Assembly: GCF_009914755.1 (NCBI RefSeq)
Contig: NC_060932.1
Reading direction: 5' to 3' (one strand)
DNA: 64,000 nucleotides
From: the human T2T-CHM13v2.0 reference genome, Homo sapiens
Of this stretch, positions 42,566-57,002 are shown in pieces; the first letter of the stretch is position 1, and every line of letters begins with the position of its first letter. The notes under the pieces were generated by a model, which was given only the letters and a program-made list of their open reading frames with translations, had not been told where the DNA came from and made no database searches. The translations under genes and the position numbers were made by a program.

Positions 42566-45500
42566 TAGTGATTTTCTTTAAATTTTAGTATTTGTAGTTA
42601 ATGTTATATAATGTCTAAATTTAATCATTACATATAGTCTTCTTGGAAATAACCCAAGGACTTCAGTCATTTAACTCCTTCCATTTTCAATGTTTGTCAT
42701 TTGACTTTCAAATTTCTCCCAAATAAGTCAGTGTTATTTTTGTTATTATCATCTTTATGTTTAGTCAGTGAATACTAGGATTTTCCAGTATATTTCCCAG
42801 TCTTACTCACCATTCCTTTTCTAAAAATTGTTTTGTTTTGAAATAATTTAAAGACAAAAAGTTGCAAAAATTGCACAGGGCTGTCATGTACACTTTGCCT
42901 AGCTTTTTCCATTGATAACATCTTACATGAACACTGCATTTCCACAGCCAGTATAATGGTATCGGTACAATACTTTTAATACAACTAAAGATCTTATTCA
43001 GATTTGATAGTGTTGTATGCATTCATTTATGTGTGTGTATAGTATTACCACATTTTATCATGTGATTCGTACCAACACCACAATCATAATTCCTGTTGGA
43101 ATCCTACTTTTTCATTCTAGGTTCAATTATCTTTTTTCCCTTAGATTTACTGTGGTATGATTGACAAATAAAAATTGATGATTTGCCTGATATATGTATA
43201 TGCTGTAAAATGATTATCACAATTCCTGTAATTAACACATCCATCACCTCATATAATTACCTCTTTTTGTGTATGTATTGAGAACACTTAAGATCTACTC
43301 CCTTAGCAAATGTCAAGTTTTTTACGTATAAGGTCATGTCATCTGAAAACAGAGACAACTTCTTCCTATTCAATTTGGATGCCCTTTTTTTCTTATTTCT
43401 TGTCTAATTCCTGTGGCTAGGCCTTCTAGTACTATGTTGAATAGAAATGGTGAGAGGGGCTTCTTGTTTTATTCTTGATCTTAGGCCAAAACTTTTATTG
43501 ATAGCTTTTCACTGTTAAGTTTAATGTAGCTGTGGGCTTATAATACATGGCTTTTGTTATGTTGAGGTATATTTCTTCTATGACAAACTGTTGCTAGTTT
43601 TAATTAAATATGTTGAATTTTGTTTCCTGTATCTGTTGAGTGTATTTTCAACCATCCTTGCATCACAAATATAAATCCCACTTGATCATGGTGTATCATC
43701 CTTATAATGTTCTGTTAAAGTCAGTTCACTAGTATTTTGTTGAGGATTTTTACATCTATATTAATCAAGGATATTGGCCTATTATTTTCTTTTGTAATGT
43801 CCTTGTCTAACTTTGGTATCAGAGTAATTCTGGCCTTATAAAATGTGTTTGAAAGTGTTCCCTACTCTTCAGTTTTTTGGAGGAGTCTGAGAAGGATTAG
43901 TATTAATTCTATTATAAAAGTTTGGTAGAATTTACCAGTGAAACCATCTGGTTCTGTTTTTTTCTTTGTTGGGAGATTTTTTTTTAATTGCAAGTTTTAT
44001 TTTTTCATATATTTTTAAATTTTCCAAATAACAATTGTACATATCCATGGGGCACACAGGGATGTTTCAGTATATGTAATGTATAGTGATCAGATCAAGG
44101 TAATTAGCAGATATATCATCTCAAATATTTATCATTTCTTTGTATTGGGAGGAGTCAGTATCCTCCTTCTAGCTATTTGAAACTATATATTATTGTTAAC
44201 TATAGTCATCCTACAGTGATATAAAGAATTAGAACTTTTTTCGCATATCTCGCTGTAACTTTGTAGACTTTAGCAAATCTTTCCTTATCCCTCCCTTCCC
44301 CTTAAACTTCACAGCCTCTAGTATCTTCTATTCTACATTTTACTTCTGAGATCAACTTTTTTTTAGCTTCCACATATAAATGAGAACATGCAGTGTTTAA
44401 GTTTCTGTTCCTGGCTTATTTCACTCAACAACATACTTCAGTTGCATCTGTGTTGTGGTGAATGACAGGATTTTATTTTCGTGGCTAAATGATATTCCAT
44501 TGTGTATCTACACCACATTTTCTTTATCCATTTGTTGTTGGAAACAGGTTGATTCCGTATCTTGACTATTATAAATAGTGCTGCAGTAGACATGGCAGTG
44601 CAAATGTCTCTTCGATACAATGGTTTCCTTTCCTTTGGATAAATACCCAGTGGTGTGATTGCTGGTTCATATGGTAGTTGCATTTGTTGTTTTTTGAGGA
44701 GCTGCCCTGCTGTTCTCCATAGTGGCTATCCTAGTTTATATTCCCATCAACAGTGTCCCTTTTCTCTGCATTCTTGCCAGCATTTGTTATTTTTTTTTGT
44801 CTTTTTGATAAAAGCCATACTAACTGGGGTGCGAGATTACCTCATTGTGGTTTTGATTTGCATTTCTATGATTATTAGTGATGTTGAACATTTTTTCTCA
44901 TATTTGTTGGCCATTTGTGTGTCTTCTTTTGAGAAATGTCTGTTGAGTTTATCTGCCCATTTTTAAATCTAATTGTTTGCTTTTTTCCTGTTGAGATAGT
45001 TGAAATCATTGTATATTCTTGGTATTAATCCAGCAGTTTTCAAATATATTCTCATATTCTGTAGGTTGTCTTTTCACTATGCTGATAGTTTCTTTTGCTG
45101 TGCAGACACTTTTTAATTTGATATAATCCCATTTGTTTATTTTTGCTTTTGTCACCTGTGCTTTTGAAGTCTTATTTATAAAATCTTTTCCCAGGCCAAT
45201 GTCCTGATCATTTCTCCTATGTTTTCTTCTGTGAGTTTCATTATTTTGAATTTTATATGTAGGACTTTGATCCGTTATGAGTTTTTTTTTTTTTCTGGTA
45301 TAGATTGAGAGGTAGGGGTCCAGTTTCATTCCTATGCATGTGGATATCCAGTTTTCCCCAGGGCTATTTAATGAAGAGACTGCCCTTTCTCCAATGAATA
45401 TTCTTGGCACCTTGTCAAAATTCAATTGGCTGTAGATATGTGGATTAATTTCTGTGTACTCTATTCTGTTCCATTAGTGTAAGTGTCTGTTTTCATGCCA

Positions 45501-45675
45501 GTATCATGCTGTTTTGGTTTCTCAGCTTTGTAGTATATTTTGAGTCTGGTAGTACAATTCTTCCAGCTTTACTCTTTTTTCTCAGGATTGTTTGGCTCTT
45601 CAGGGCCTTTTGTAGTTGGGAGTTTTTGATTATTCCTGCAATCTTCTACCTCTTATTTGATATGTTCAGATGTTC

Positions 45676-45810
45676 CCCTCCCTTCCTACCTTCCTCCTTC
45701 CCTCCATCCCTCCCTCCCTTCCCCTCTTTCTCTCTTCCCCTCTTTCTCCCTCTCTCTCTTTCACTCCCTCTCTCTCCTTCTCTCTTTCTTTCCTTCCATC
45801 CTTTCTTTTT
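45676..45810. repeat. CT-rich simple repeat (CCTT/CCCT/CT)
   Basis: Almost pure pyrimidine tract adjoining an Alu tail. Confidence 0.9.
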
Positions 45811-46080
45811 CTCTTGCTCTGTCGCCCAGGCTGGAGTGCAGTAGTGTTTTAGGCTCACTGCAATTTCCCCCTCCCATGTTCAAGTGATTCTTGGGCCTCA
45901 GCCTCCAGAGTAGCTGGGACAACAGGTGCGTGCCACCATGCCTGTCTATTTTTTTTTAATTTTTAATACAGATGGAGTTTCACCATGTTGGCCAGGCTGG
46001 TCTCAAACTCCTGGCCTCAAGTGATCTGCCCACCTTGGCTTTGCAAAGTGCTGGGATTATGTGTGAGGCACCAGGCTTGG
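45811..46080 (-). mobile_element. Old Alu (AluJ/S-like)
   Basis: Diverged Alu dimer (gctctgtcgcccaggctggagtgcagt...ctcctggcctcaagtgatc). Confidence 0.85.
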
Positions 46081-47185
46081 TGAGGTGTTCTGTTTACGAT
46101 TCAGTCCTGATATGTTGTATCTTTCTTGGAATTTACCCATTTCTTCTATTTATTCAGTTTGCATATATTTGCTGTAGGTTCCATTTTATTCTGGAGGAAG
46201 TACATTACAGTGATGTTCTACGTGTAATAATCTGTTTGATGGTTATTACTGAATTTTTTTGCTTTATGTTCAATATTAATTATAGGTTATATGGGTATGG
46301 AACTTTAGGTGAACAGTTATTTTTGTAAGGCTTTTAAGGATATGCCTTTGAATTTTAGCATGCACTGTTTATGGGATGTCTGCTATCAGTCTAATCAATT
46401 CATTTTTTATCTTTATACTTAAACTTTATTTTTCTATAAGTTATGAAAATTTTCAGCCCTTATCTCTGCAATAATTGACTTCTCCATTCTGCCTCTTTTT
46501 CTCCTTCTGAACTTCCTGTACTTTAGTGTCCCCATTCTAGCCTCCATGGTTGTGGTGGTGGTTGTTCTCTATTTCCTCCTTTTTCTTCATCTTCTTTTCT
46601 TCCTTTTCATTGTTTTTCTTTTGCGATTGGAATAGGGCTTTTAAAAACTGGGATATAATTTACATATCCTGAAATTCATTATTTTTTAGTGTGTGCAGTG
46701 TTATGAGTTTAGCAAATATATACACATACCACTAGCTCAATAAAATGTAGAGCAGTTCTGTCATCCAGAAAATTTTGTCTCACCCCACTCGAGCTCTGGG
46801 CACTGGTGGATCTGTTTTCTGTGCCTACAGTTTTGCCCATCAGAACTTTGTATAAATGGATTAATACATTATGCAGTCTTTCCAGTCTGGTTTCTATACC
46901 GTAGCTAATATATTTGAAATCCATCCATGTTATTATGTGTATCAATAGTTTGCTCTCTTTTAAATCTATTGTTTTATTGATATATAGTTGATATACAATA
47001 ATTTACACATATTTTCAGTGTATAATTTGATGTTTTGATAATTTGAAAAGTAACACCCATTAAACCATCGACATAATCAAGATGATAAAGGTATCTGTAA
47101 CCCTCAAGAAATTTCTTATTTCCCTTTGTAATTCCCTTCCTTAGCCTTTCCCTCCCATTTCCTGTCTATCCCCAGATTACCACTT

Positions 47186-50100
47186 TGTTTTTCTTTTTCA
47201 AATTTTAATTTAGGTTCAGGGGGTACATGTTCATGTTTGTTACAGGGTTAAATTGTGTGTCACTGGGGTTTGGTATATAAATGATTTCATCCCCCAGGTA
47301 GTGAGCATAATACTTGTAACTGATCTGTGTAAGGTTTCAGTTTCTTCATGGTTCAATCATGGTAGGTTGTGTGTTTCTAGGTATTCATCTATTTCTTCTA
47401 GGTTTTCTAGTTTGTGTGTATAGAGGTGTTTGTAATAGTTTCTGAAGATTTTTAAAAATTTCTGTGGGGTCAGAGGTAATGTCACTTTGGTCATTTCTTA
47501 GTGTGGTTATTTGGATCATCTCTTTTTAAATTAATCTAGCTAGTGGTCTATCAATCTTATTTGTTCCTTAAAAAAGAAACTTTCGGTTTTATTGATCTTT
47601 TTCCTGGATTATTGTGTCTCAATTTCATTCAGTTCAGTTTGGATTTTGCTATTTATTTTCTTCTAGCTTTGGGGTTGGTTTGCTCTTGTTTTTCTAGGTC
47701 TTCTAGGTGCGATGTTAGGTTGTTAACCTGAGATCTTTCTAACTTTTTGATGTATGCATTTAGCACTATAAACTTTCCTCTTAACACTACTTTAGCTGTG
47801 TCCCAGAGTTTCTGTTATGTTATATGTTTGTTTATATTAGTTTCAAATAATTTTTTTATTTCTGCCTTAATTTCATTATTTACCAAAAAGTCATTCAGGA
47901 GCAGGTTGTTTAATTTCTACGTGATTGTATGGTTTTGAAATTTCTTGGCATTGATTTCTGTTTTTATTGCACTGTGGTCTGAGAGTGTGATTGGTATGAT
48001 TGGTATGTGCTGATGTGAAGAATTTACATTGTGGTGTTGTTGGGTGGAGTATTTTGTAGATGTCTGTTAGGTCTACTTGGTCAAGTGCCGCGTTAAGTCC
48101 CAAATACCTTTGTTAGTTTTCTGCCTCAATGATCTGCATAACACTTTCAGGGGGTGTTGAAGTCTCCCACTGAAATAGTCTCCCACACTATTATTGTGTG
48201 GTTCTCAACATCTCTTCGTAGGTCTCTAGGAACTTGTTTTATGAATCCAGGTGTTACACTGTTGGGCCCATATATATTTAGGATCATTAAGTCTTCTTGT
48301 TGAATTGAACCCTTTATCATTATGTAATGCTCTTCTTTGTCCTTTTTTATTGTTTTTGGTTTAAAGTTTGTTTTATCTTAAATAAGAAAGCAACTTCTGC
48401 TCTTTTTTATACTTTGTTTGCTTGATGGATCTTTCTCCTTCCCTTTACTTTGAGCTTATGGGTGTCATTGCAGGTGAGATGGTCTTTTGAAGACAGCATG
48501 TAGTTGGATCTTGCTTCTTTATACACTTTGCCACTCTGTGTCTTTAAGTGGGGCATTTATCCCATTTACATTCAACGTTAATATTGTTATGTGCAGATTT
48601 GATCCTGTCATCATGTGTTAGCTGGTTGTTATGTAGATTTGATTATATATTTGCTTTATAGTGTCAGGGGGCTATGCGTGTAAGTATAATTTGTGGTGGC
48701 AGGTAGCTGGTTATTAAGTAGATTTGATTATATATTTGCTTTATAGTGTCAGGGCTAAGCATGTAAGTATGATTTTGTGGTGGCAGGTAGCTGGTTGTTA
48801 TATAGATTTGATTAGATATTTGCTTAATAGTGTTGGGGGGCTACGCATGTAAGTATGATTTTGTGGTGGCAGGTAATGATCTTCCCTTTCCATGTTTTGC
48901 TTTCCCTTAAGGACCTGTTATAAGGTAGGTGTGGTGGTAGCAAATTCCCTTAGCATTGACTTGTTTGAAAAATATTTTATTTTTCCTCTGCTTATGAAGC
49001 TTAGTTTGGCTGGATATACAGTTTTTGGTTGAAATTTCCTTTCTTTAAGGATGCTGAATATAGGTCCCCAATCTCTTCAGACTTGTAAGGTTTCTGCAGA
49101 AAATTCTGCTGCTAGCCTGTTGGGGTTCCCTTTGTAGGTGACTTGCCCCTTCTCCCAAGCTGCCTTTAAGATTTATTCTTTCACATTGCCTTTGGAGAAT
49201 CTGATGACTATGTGTCTTGGGGATGGTCATCTTGTATGGTATCTCACAGAGGTTCCCTGAATATCCTGAATTTGCATGTCAACATCTCTAGTGAGGTTGG
49301 GAAAATTTTTGTGGAAGTATTCTCCAATATGTTTTCCAATTTGCTTGCTTTCTCTTCATCTGTTTCAGGAATGCCAGCGAGTCCCAGGTTTGGTCTCTAC
49401 GTAATCACATATTGCTCTGATATTTTGTTCATTTAAAAAATTATTTTTTCTTTTTTCTAGTCTGCCTGTGTTGTTTCAAAGAAATGGTCTTCAAGCTCTG
49501 AGATTCTTTCCTCAGCATGGTCTATTCTGTTATAATGCTTTCAGTTGCTTTATGAAATTCCTGTAGTGAATTTCTCATTCCCAGAAGTTCAGTTTATTTT
49601 TCTCTTAAAATGGCTATGCCATCTTTTAACTCTTCGACCATGTTGCTGTGTTCCTTGGCTTGAGTTTCGACCTTCTGTATGTCGATGAGCTTCCTTGCTA
49701 TCCAGAATTAGTATTATATGTCTGTCATTATAGCCATTTCAGTCTGGTTAAGAACAATAGCTGGAGAGCTATTGTGGTTGTTTGGTGTTAAAAAGACACT
49801 GTGTCTTTTTGAGTTGTCAGAGTTCTTGCATTGGTTCTTTCTCATTTGTGTGGGCTGATGTTCCCTTAATCTTTGAAATTGCTGTCTTTTGTATGGAGCT
49901 TTCTGCTTTTACATTCTCTGATACCTTAAGGGTTTCACTGTGGTATAAGTTAGGCTTAGGCAATTGGCTTCATTTCTGGATGCTTTCAGGGGGCCAAGGC
50001 TCAAATTAGCATTCCTGGGGTACGTGCTCTATCCCTGGGGGGTTGGGACCTGGCCTGTTTCTTTGTTCTCTGTCCCCTTAAGGTTAAACCCCTGTTGCAC

Positions 50101-50331
50101 TGGAGAGGCCAAGGTATTCCCAGTCTGCTGGCAACAACCCTCCAATGGGGGCTGCCAGCAAAAGCACTGGGGTGGGCCAGTGGTGGGTCCATGTATATGT
50201 GCGTGCAGGCAGGGTAGGTGGGGGTTCCCCCATTTGTGCATGCTGGCAGGGTGGTGAGGGTTCTGTGTGCCCATGCGTACTGGTGAGGGGGTGGAGAGAG
50301 GCTGTGCTGGTGGGGAAAGGCTGCAGGCTGG
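47186..50331 (-). mobile_element. L1P element with a large internal deletion (3' end fused to early ORF2), ORF1 and part of the 5'UTR
   Basis: 3' end at 47186-47315 joins ORF2 at ~47316; EN peptide LDQVDLTDIYKILHP; degenerate TSD tatcc(c)caga.tac.act at ~47167 and ~50332. Confidence 0.8.
48619..48873. repeat. Minisatellite, 3 x ~85 bp
   Basis: Units starting tagctggtt and ending gtggtggcagg at 48619-48703, 48704-48787 and 48788-48873. Confidence 0.92.
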
Positions 50332-51915
50332 TATCCCAGACTACTACTAATCTGCTTCTGTCACTACAGTTTACAGTTCCTTTTCTAGAATTTTATATAA
50401 ATGAGATCATATGATTGTATGTACTTTGTCTGGATTATTTACATCACCATAATTATTTTGATATTTATACATGCTTTTGTGTGTGTCAATAGTTTGTTCC
50501 TTTTTATTGCTGAGAACTACTCAGCTGTATGAATATACCTTAATTTTTTTAAATCTATTTATCTGTTGATGAATATTTGGGTTATTTCCAGTTTATAGGT
50601 GTTATAAATGAAGCTGTTGTGAACCGCTGGAAACAAATGCTCAGTGCCGCAAAGAAGAACCAGCACTGAGACAAAGGATCTCTCAGCAAGGCAAATTTAC
50701 TTCTGCAGAAGGGTGCTTCTCATAGTTCTGGTTGCCATGAGAGCACCCCAAACAGAGGAAAGCAGGGGTTTTTATTTCTAACACAGCTTGTCCCTGCTAC
50801 TGTGTCATGCCTCCATTGGCTGGAGTTGGACTGCACAATCTAAGCTGAACCCGGTTGGCTAACTTGAAAAGTGCAGGAATGCGGTTACACTGGTGGGAAG
50901 GTGGGAAGATCAGTTTTGGCAGGAGTAGCCATTGCAATGGGAAAGGTAATTTACAGAGTGGGTAGCAGATGTGGAATGTGGGCTCTATAGATAAAGACTG
51001 GCAGGAAGGTTGTTTACCAGGGCAGGCGGACACAGTGAGTAAAGAAGTCTGGCCTTGAAAGCAGGGTACAAAGGACAAGCAAACTTAAGCAAACTAAATC
51101 TTTGAAGAAGAATTTCTTACTGTATTTAACATGAACATTCAGGTACAAGTCTCTATGTGAATATATGCTTTCCTTCTCTTGGTTAATACCCAGGAATAGA
51201 ATAATTGGGTAATAAAGTAAGTGTATGTTTAAATTCTAAAGAAAGAGCTATGTTTTCCAAAGTGGTTTTGTCATCTTGTATTCCAGCCACTAGTGTATGA
51301 GAGTTGTAGTTTCTCCACATTCTTGTCAATATGTGGTCTCATTTTTTTTAACTTTACCAATTCTGATATTGTGTAGTGGTATCTCATTATAATTTGAATT
51401 TCTCTAATGGTTAATCATGTTGACAATTGTTTCATATGGTTATTTGCCATCTGTATACCTTCTCTGGAGAAATGTCTATTCAAATTATGGGTTATTTTCC
51501 TTTTTATCATATTTTTCAAATCTTTTGATCATTTTTGAAATGGGTTTGTTGTATTTCGAGTGTTCTGAATATAAGTCCATCATTATATATGTAATTTGCA
51601 AACATGTTATCTCAGTCTAAGGCTTGTCTTCTAATACTTTTAGCAATCTTTAGAGCAAATGTTTTAAATGTTTAATAAAACCAGTGTATCAATTTCTTTT
51701 TTTATAGATCATAATTTTGGTGCTGTAGCTAAGAAATAATTGCCTAACCCAAGTTCACAGATTTTCTCCTATGATTTCTTCTAAAAGTTTCAAAGTTTTA
51801 GGTTTTGCCTTTAGATCTATATCTAATTTGAATTTTTGTATATGTTAAGAAGTATGGAAATAGTATATTTTGTACAAAAATTTTTAATTATTCTTACACC
51901 ATTGATTTTAAACTT
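50332..51915 (-). mobile_element. Old L1M 3' region, antisense, interrupted by an LTR
   Basis: Motifs ttttattgctgag, gttttccaaagtggtt, gtagtggtatctcatt, tgcctaacccaag. Confidence 0.7.
50625..51131 (-). mobile_element. LTR10-family (HERV-I) solo LTR
   Basis: Minus strand tgttaaatacag...cccttctgcagaagtaaatttgccttgctgaga...gcggcactgagcatttg; 5-bp TSD tgaac (50620-50624 / 51132-51136). Confidence 0.75.
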
Positions 51916-52881
51916 TGTTAAGTAGGATCAGAATAGTCACCCATAAAAAGACAGTACCATTCTGAGTAACTCTATCCATCTTACTCTGAATTACCATATA
52001 TTCAACTCAGGTGGAACTCAAACTATTCCTGTCCTTCTGTGAGCACAAGAAATTATTCCCTTTGTTCATTTTGGATAAATGGTTAAATGGTTTTACTCTG
52101 GCTCAGGCAGTTCCCTCACTGGCAAGCATTTATCAGTACTCTGCAGAAGATGCAAGAGGCGAGGGAGGGGGTCTTCCCCCAATCTCAGGATTCCTTCTAA
52201 GCATTTTCTTTTTTTCTGTGGTGTTCTGCCCTGTGAACCCTAGCTGCCTTGCCCTTCCTAGGCCCCCAATTCTATCACCTCAACTCAGAGAGACTACTGG
52301 GATTTGCCTCAGTTTCCCTCATTGCATTACAGCCTGAAAACTCTCTCTAGGCAGTAAGAAGAGTCAATCATAGAGCTCACCTTGTTTCCTTCTCTCAAAG
52401 TTCGCTGTACTGCACTGTCTAGTAGCCAATGTGTGAAATCAATTGTTTTATACATTTTGTCTGTATTTTTAGACATTCTGGCAGGAGGGTAAATTTAGTC
52501 TTACCCCATCTTGGCCAGAATTAGAAGTATGCTTTTAGTATTTGCAACTTTCACATATTTTTAATCTCTGCATCTCACATTCTGATTAATTTTCTTAGTT
52601 TACTCTTTCATTTCTCTAATTTTTCTTTCCTCTCTGTCCTGTTTTAGACTTATGGATTCTATTCCTGCAAAGATCTCTATGAGGAGTCTAAATATTCTCA
52701 GATTAAAGCGTTTTTAAAGCAAATCATTTGTAGCTCTTGCTGCGTGAATTCATGTTTTAGTGTAGTGTTGACATTAACTCTTAGTGATTTGTAATGGTAG
52801 ACTCTTTTATCTTCAGTGTCTTTGATGTTTCCCATGAGAATTCTGTGTGTGCTGTGTTATAGAGACATATATGTAAGTTGT

Positions 52882-53249
52882 TGTATTAGTCCATTTTCAT
52901 AGTGCTATACAGAACTGCCCAAGACTGGGTAATTTATAAAGGAAAGAGGTTTAATTGACTCACAGCATGGCTGGGAAGGCCTCAGGAAATCTGCAATCAT
53001 GGCAGAAGGCGAAGGGGAAGCAAGGCACCTTCTTCACAAGGCAGCAGGAGGGAGAAGTGCTGAGCGGAGGGGCAAGAACCTCTTATAAAACCGTCAGATC
53101 TCATGAGAACTCATTCACGAGAAAGGCATGGGGGAAACCACTACCGTGATTCAATTACTTCCACCTGGTCTTTCTCTTGACACATGGGGATTATGGGGAT
53201 TACAATTTAAGATGAGATTTGGGTGGGGACACGAAGCCTAACCATACCA
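52882..53249 (-). mobile_element. THE1C/D-like solo LTR
   Basis: tgtattagtcc...gatgagatttgggtggggacac...ccatacca; TSD gttgt (52877-52881 / 53250-53254). Confidence 0.88.
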
Positions 53250-53954
53250 GTTGTTTAATTTTTCCTTTCTTAAAGAAAAAATATTTTTAAAAATTTGCCA
53301 TGCATGGTGTTCAAGAATTTGTGGGAGTGTGAACTGGGGTCCTGAAACTGCACTTTTATGACACTTGGGAGTCCTACTTCTCTTCTTGATGCATTTTTCT
53401 CTCTATTTATGCATATTTCCCTCTTGCATTCCAAAAGCCACTGGTCAGAAATTTTATTATTCCTGTTTCATGGGTGAGATGGCTCCTTCTGGCTCCTGGT
53501 TTAGTTAAAGAGTTCACTTATAGCATCTCTGCATCCGAAGGCCTGAGGCTTCAGCTCCTTCTAAGGCAGTGCTACTAAATCTCTGGCCTCAGAGTTAGTC
53601 TTTTCTTTAAAAATGAATAAAAAACCAGAAGTTGGATTATGAAGGTCAGAATCAGACATTCAAGGTCAAATCTAGATTCTGTGTTTAGAAGGGATCAGAA
53701 AAAGCAAATTTGGGTGTTTTTGATACTCTCCTCATTGCAGGATTTGAAATGTGCCCTTCTTATGGATGAGGTATATGGGTAAATAAAAATGTTATTTATT
53801 TGCATCTGTGTTCATTGACCTTTGGACAATATTTTATTTTTTAATAATTAGTCTTATAAGGAGATAATACTGATTATAAAATGGACTGATTTTAATTCAT
53901 GAAGTTGGCAAGTTTTCTAAGTACTAACATGAGACATTTTCAATTTTTTTTTAG

Positions 53955-53993
53955 ATCTAAATCGGAAGGTAGCACACAGACATATGCCAGCCA
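53955..53993 (+). CDS. ADAM32: ADAM32 cytoplasmic repeat exon 1 (SKSEGSTQTYASQ)
   Basis: tactaac branch point, poly-T tract, ag acceptor; gtaagt donor; 39 nt, phase 2-2. Confidence 0.92.
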
Positions 53994-54301
53994 GTAAGTA
54001 GTTTAGAAGGTGTTTTTAAGATACATGTTGAAAATTAAGAGTTAATTGATAATTCACAATTTATTTCCAATTTTTTTTGAACATCAATTGGTAAAGCAAT
54101 GCACTGAAATCCAGACTGCTAATATATAGTCTAATTTAGTTTCTAATAAATTAGTCCTTTCTTCATTTAATAAATGTTTACTGGAAGTCTCTTCTGAGGA
54201 AACAAGGAATAAAATAGCTGATTCTAAAATGAGATAGGACATGTATAATTAGTAAAGAAAAAGAATGTATAGGGCCTAGAAGTTACCCAGCTTGTGTTAT
54301 A

Positions 54302-54487
54302 GAGGCACGTGCTGTATAATAATGTTTTGGTAAATGATAAACCACATGTATGATGGTGGTTCCATAAGATTATAATGAAGGTGAAAAATTCCTGTAGCCT
54401 AGTGATGTTGTAGCCATCACAACATCAGAGAGCAATGCATTACTCACTGGTTTGTGGTGATGCTGGTGTAAGCAAACCTACTGCACA
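54302..54487. mobile_element. Tigger3 terminal fragment (~185 bp), also copied at ~57750-57936
   Basis: ggtggttccataagattataatg..cctagtgatgttgtagccatc..tttgtggtgatgctggtgtaa.caaacctactg. Confidence 0.8.
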
Positions 54488-54974
54488 AAGCAAAATATGC
54501 AGAATTCTCATGAGACAATCAATGCTACTTAACCTTACAAAAAAAAAAAAAAAAGCCACTAAAGGTGGTGATGCCAACAGCCAAAGCAATCTAAAGAAAT
54601 ACAGGTAATTGAAAAACCTCAAAAAAAAAAAATGCTTAGGATCCGCATAGAAGTTAAAAAACAAATATAATCCATTAAACAAGAAATAAAGGAGCTGAAA
54701 AAAGATTTTATTTTTAAATTGTTTAGGGAAATCACTGAGAATACAACATAAACAGAATAATAACATATAAAAGACCAGTTAAGAAACAAAAGAATTCAGA
54801 GACAGAAAATTTAGAGTGGGGAAGAGTCAATATTTGAAGAAATAAGGTCTTGGACTTTTACAAAATTGAAAATGGGTAGTTAAGTGTCTTGACACTGAAA
54901 GAGAATATGGAGTCCACTTCACAGACTGTTAGAAAATAGTGAGAACTGAAGTTATGGTTAAAAAATATGAATAG

Positions 54975-55205
54975 GGGCTGTGTGTGTTGGGTCATGCCTG
55001 TAATCCCAGCACTTTAGGAGGCTGAGGTGTGAGGAGCACCTGAAAAATTAAAAATTAAAAAAATAGCCAGGCATGGTGGCATGAGCCTGTGGTCTCAGCT
55101 ACTTGGGAGGCTGAGGTGGGAGGATTCATTTAGCTTAGGAGTTCAAGACTGCAGTGAGCCATGATCGCCAGTGAGCTCCAGAAAAAAAAAAAAAAAAAAA
55201 GAAAG
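54975..55205 (+). mobile_element. Old internally deleted Alu (AluJ-like)
   Basis: ggctg..cctgtaatcccagcacttt, partial arms, long A-tail. Confidence 0.8.
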
Positions 55206-55419
55206 AAAGAAAGCAAAAGAAGTAAAAGAAACATAAGTAGGATGAATAGGGACAAAATGCAATTTATTGATGATTAAAAGAACAGAACAATTAGGTCAAT
55301 GTAATTAGCTCTCCTCAACCCATAATTATTGTAGAAATTTATACATCTAGATTCATGACTTCTGTCACAATCTATAAAATTCCATCCATTTGTTTGTTTA
55401 CCCAAGCAGTACACTAATT

Positions 55420-56757
<1,338 letters not shown>

Positions 56758-57002
56758 AGATGCTTCTGAAGTTATTCAGCCTCAGCTCCTGTTTAACCTG
56801 TGAGCTCTCAGTTTTATCGTTTTTATTGGCAATAGGAGAAGTCTTTCCTTGCTGTGAGCTTCAGTTGTGTATCAAATGTTTGTGTGTGTGATTTTTTTTT
56901 TCAGCACTCCTCTATGCGAGGAATGGAAAGGGAAAATTGTTTTGCCAGCTCACTCTGCTAGATTGCTTAGGAGGCAGTATAGGTTTTAATTTACAAAATA
57001 CT

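Larger units (their letters stand above)
43140..46160 (-). mobile_element. Composite antisense L1: older ORF2 fragment interrupted by an L1MA 3' portion (~43980-45614)
   Basis: Minus ORF2p peptides ([16 protein letters not shown]; KAKINKWDYIKLKS); candidate TSD gttgggag.tttt at ~43968 and ~45615. Confidence 0.75.
53598..54487 (+). repeat. Local duplication copy 1 (contains repeat exon 1)
   Basis: Aligns to 57003-57936; about 92% identity by hand count over 53721-53954, lower in the first ~120 bp. Confidence 0.95.

Noticed and set aside
45506-45887. Pro/Ser/Leu-rich and Arg/Glu/Gly-rich ORFs
   Set aside because: Translations of a CT simple repeat plus Alu sequence.
50770-51100. Possible p53 sites in the LTR10 element
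   Set aside because: Only imperfect isolated half-sites (cagcttgtcc, ggacaagcaa); no full RRRCWWGYYY pair seen.
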